The position numbers and the translations under genes are program-made. Shown here in pieces: positions 62,691 through 64,000 of a stretch of DNA of 64,000 nucleotides. The notes under the pieces are model-generated. The model was not told the origin of the DNA. It ran no database searches and saw nothing but the letters and a program-made list of their open reading frames with translations. The stretch's first letter is position 1. Each line of letters begins with the position of its first letter. Where the stretch lies: positions 40,052,001-40,116,000 of the forward strand of contig NC_091994.1 of assembly GCF_044704955.1 (NCBI RefSeq). Reading direction: 5' to 3'. Origin of the DNA: Pristiophorus japonicus. Lineage: Eukaryota.

Positions 62691-63689
62691 AGATGAGAGG
62701 AGAAAATGAAATAGAATGAAATTACCCAAGTGTGTGTCTGGGAAAGAGAAAAAACATCACTAGATTGAGAAACAGAAATCACAAGGGACTGAGTTGTTCA
62801 AGCAATCAAAGAGAGAGACAGCAAATAAGAAGCGATAGCCTTCTGAGAGAAGAGGAACAGGAGGCGATGCAAGAATACTGTTTGCAAACCAATTCCGACT
62901 TAAATATATAATATTCTGGAACTTTGTGCTAGGACTCTGTGCTAGCCACATGCACACACATACTGGCAAGAGCAGAATTATGGGAACGTTTCTCATAAAA
63001 CTGTCACTTGACATTTATCTCACTCTGTTTAAGACACGTCAGGCTCAATTTTCTTTCCGTTGCCAGGTTAGTGGGAGAGCTGGTCTTCTGCCCACCCACG
63101 TGACTCTGCCAATAACCCATTGAAGCCCCCTTTCAAGGCCCTCATTAAACATGCAAGGTGAATCCGGACTGGTAATACTGCCCCTGACTGGGTTACCGTC
63201 ACTGGGAGCGGGGGAAATATCGTGCTGTGGAAGCCTTTGAAACGCTGGAGCCAGTTAAATGGGAGACAGGGAACAATTTTTCGGAAGCATGAAGCACAAC
63301 TGCTAGCATGGCTGTAGTAGCAGCCTTAGGGGATGCGGGATGGAGGGGGTGGGGAGGAGTGGGAGGAGATTCGTCCACTTACTTTGTCACTATGTTAAGG
63401 GAAGCGCAGATGAAGGATAATTTTCTGTTTTCTATTTGTAGCAAAATCATTAATGTGTTCTTTCTAAAAGTGATTTTCCTACAGCTAACCAAAGGAGGAA
63501 ATCTTCCCTGAATACGTTTCAAAAACTTTAATTTTTGGTACAATGCCTAATTTTTCTCCCATTTTAACATGATATTTAAACATTGGGATATTTTGATGGA
63601 CTCTCCATGAATCCTCTCACAAAGTATTTACATGAAGTAATGTGAATATATTGATGTTAAGTCTTCACGTAGCACTTCTGAAGACTGAA

Positions 63690-63972
63690 ATCTTGAGCAC
63701 ATAAATCTAGGCTGACGCTCCAGTGCAGTACTGAGGGAGTGCTGCACTGACGGAGTTGCCATCTTTTGGATGAGACATTAAGTCGAGGCCCCGTCTGCTC
63801 TCTCAAGTGAACGTAAAAGATCCCGTGGCACTATTTCGAAGATGAGCAGGGAAGTTATCCCTGGTGCCCTGGCCAATATTTGTCCCTCAATCAACATAGC
63901 AAAAACAGATTATCCGATCATTATCACATTGCTGTTTGTGGAAGCTTGCTGTGCACAATGGCTGCCATGTTA
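63690..63972 (+). mobile_element. DeuSINE middle part
   Basis: ttgagcacataaatctaggctgac...Deu core. Confidence 0.85.
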
Positions 63973-64000
63973 CATAGAAACATAGAAACATAGAAAATAG
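63973..64000 (-). mobile_element. CR1 3' tail running off the window
   Basis: (catagaaa)n. Confidence 0.7.

Overview
Repeat-dense vertebrate genomic DNA, most likely from a cartilaginous fish (inferred from the repeat set: DeuSINE/SacSINE1-type tRNA SINEs, CR1 with (AGAACATA)n and (ATAGAAAC)n tails, L2, RTE, Mag-type Gypsy, heavy CpG decay). No intact host gene is recognisable; the window looks intronic or intergenic. Main contents: (1) an ~11-kb decayed endogenous retrovirus on the minus strand (3789-14770) with ~1-kb LTRs, tRNA-Arg-like PBS, CCHC gag, spumavirus-like RT and an env remnant with furin site, fusion peptide and TM anchor; (2) nested in its env, a non-autonomous Gypsy element (5666-8591) whose pol is replaced by captured DNA, including an intronless antisense fragment of host NME5; (3) a solo LTR (39707-40977) holding three tandem 5'-truncated LINE tails, each bounded by the same 14-bp target sequence, one carrying an inverted copy of a SINE/CR1 junction found 11 kb downstream; (4) two full-length decayed Gypsy elements (43771-48324, 53907-58666), each inside a Harbinger-like MITE; (5) many CR1, L2, RTE, Vingi-like, SINE and MITE fragments. 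Family names come from motif recognition and memory, not database searches, and fragment boundaries without TSDs are approximate.
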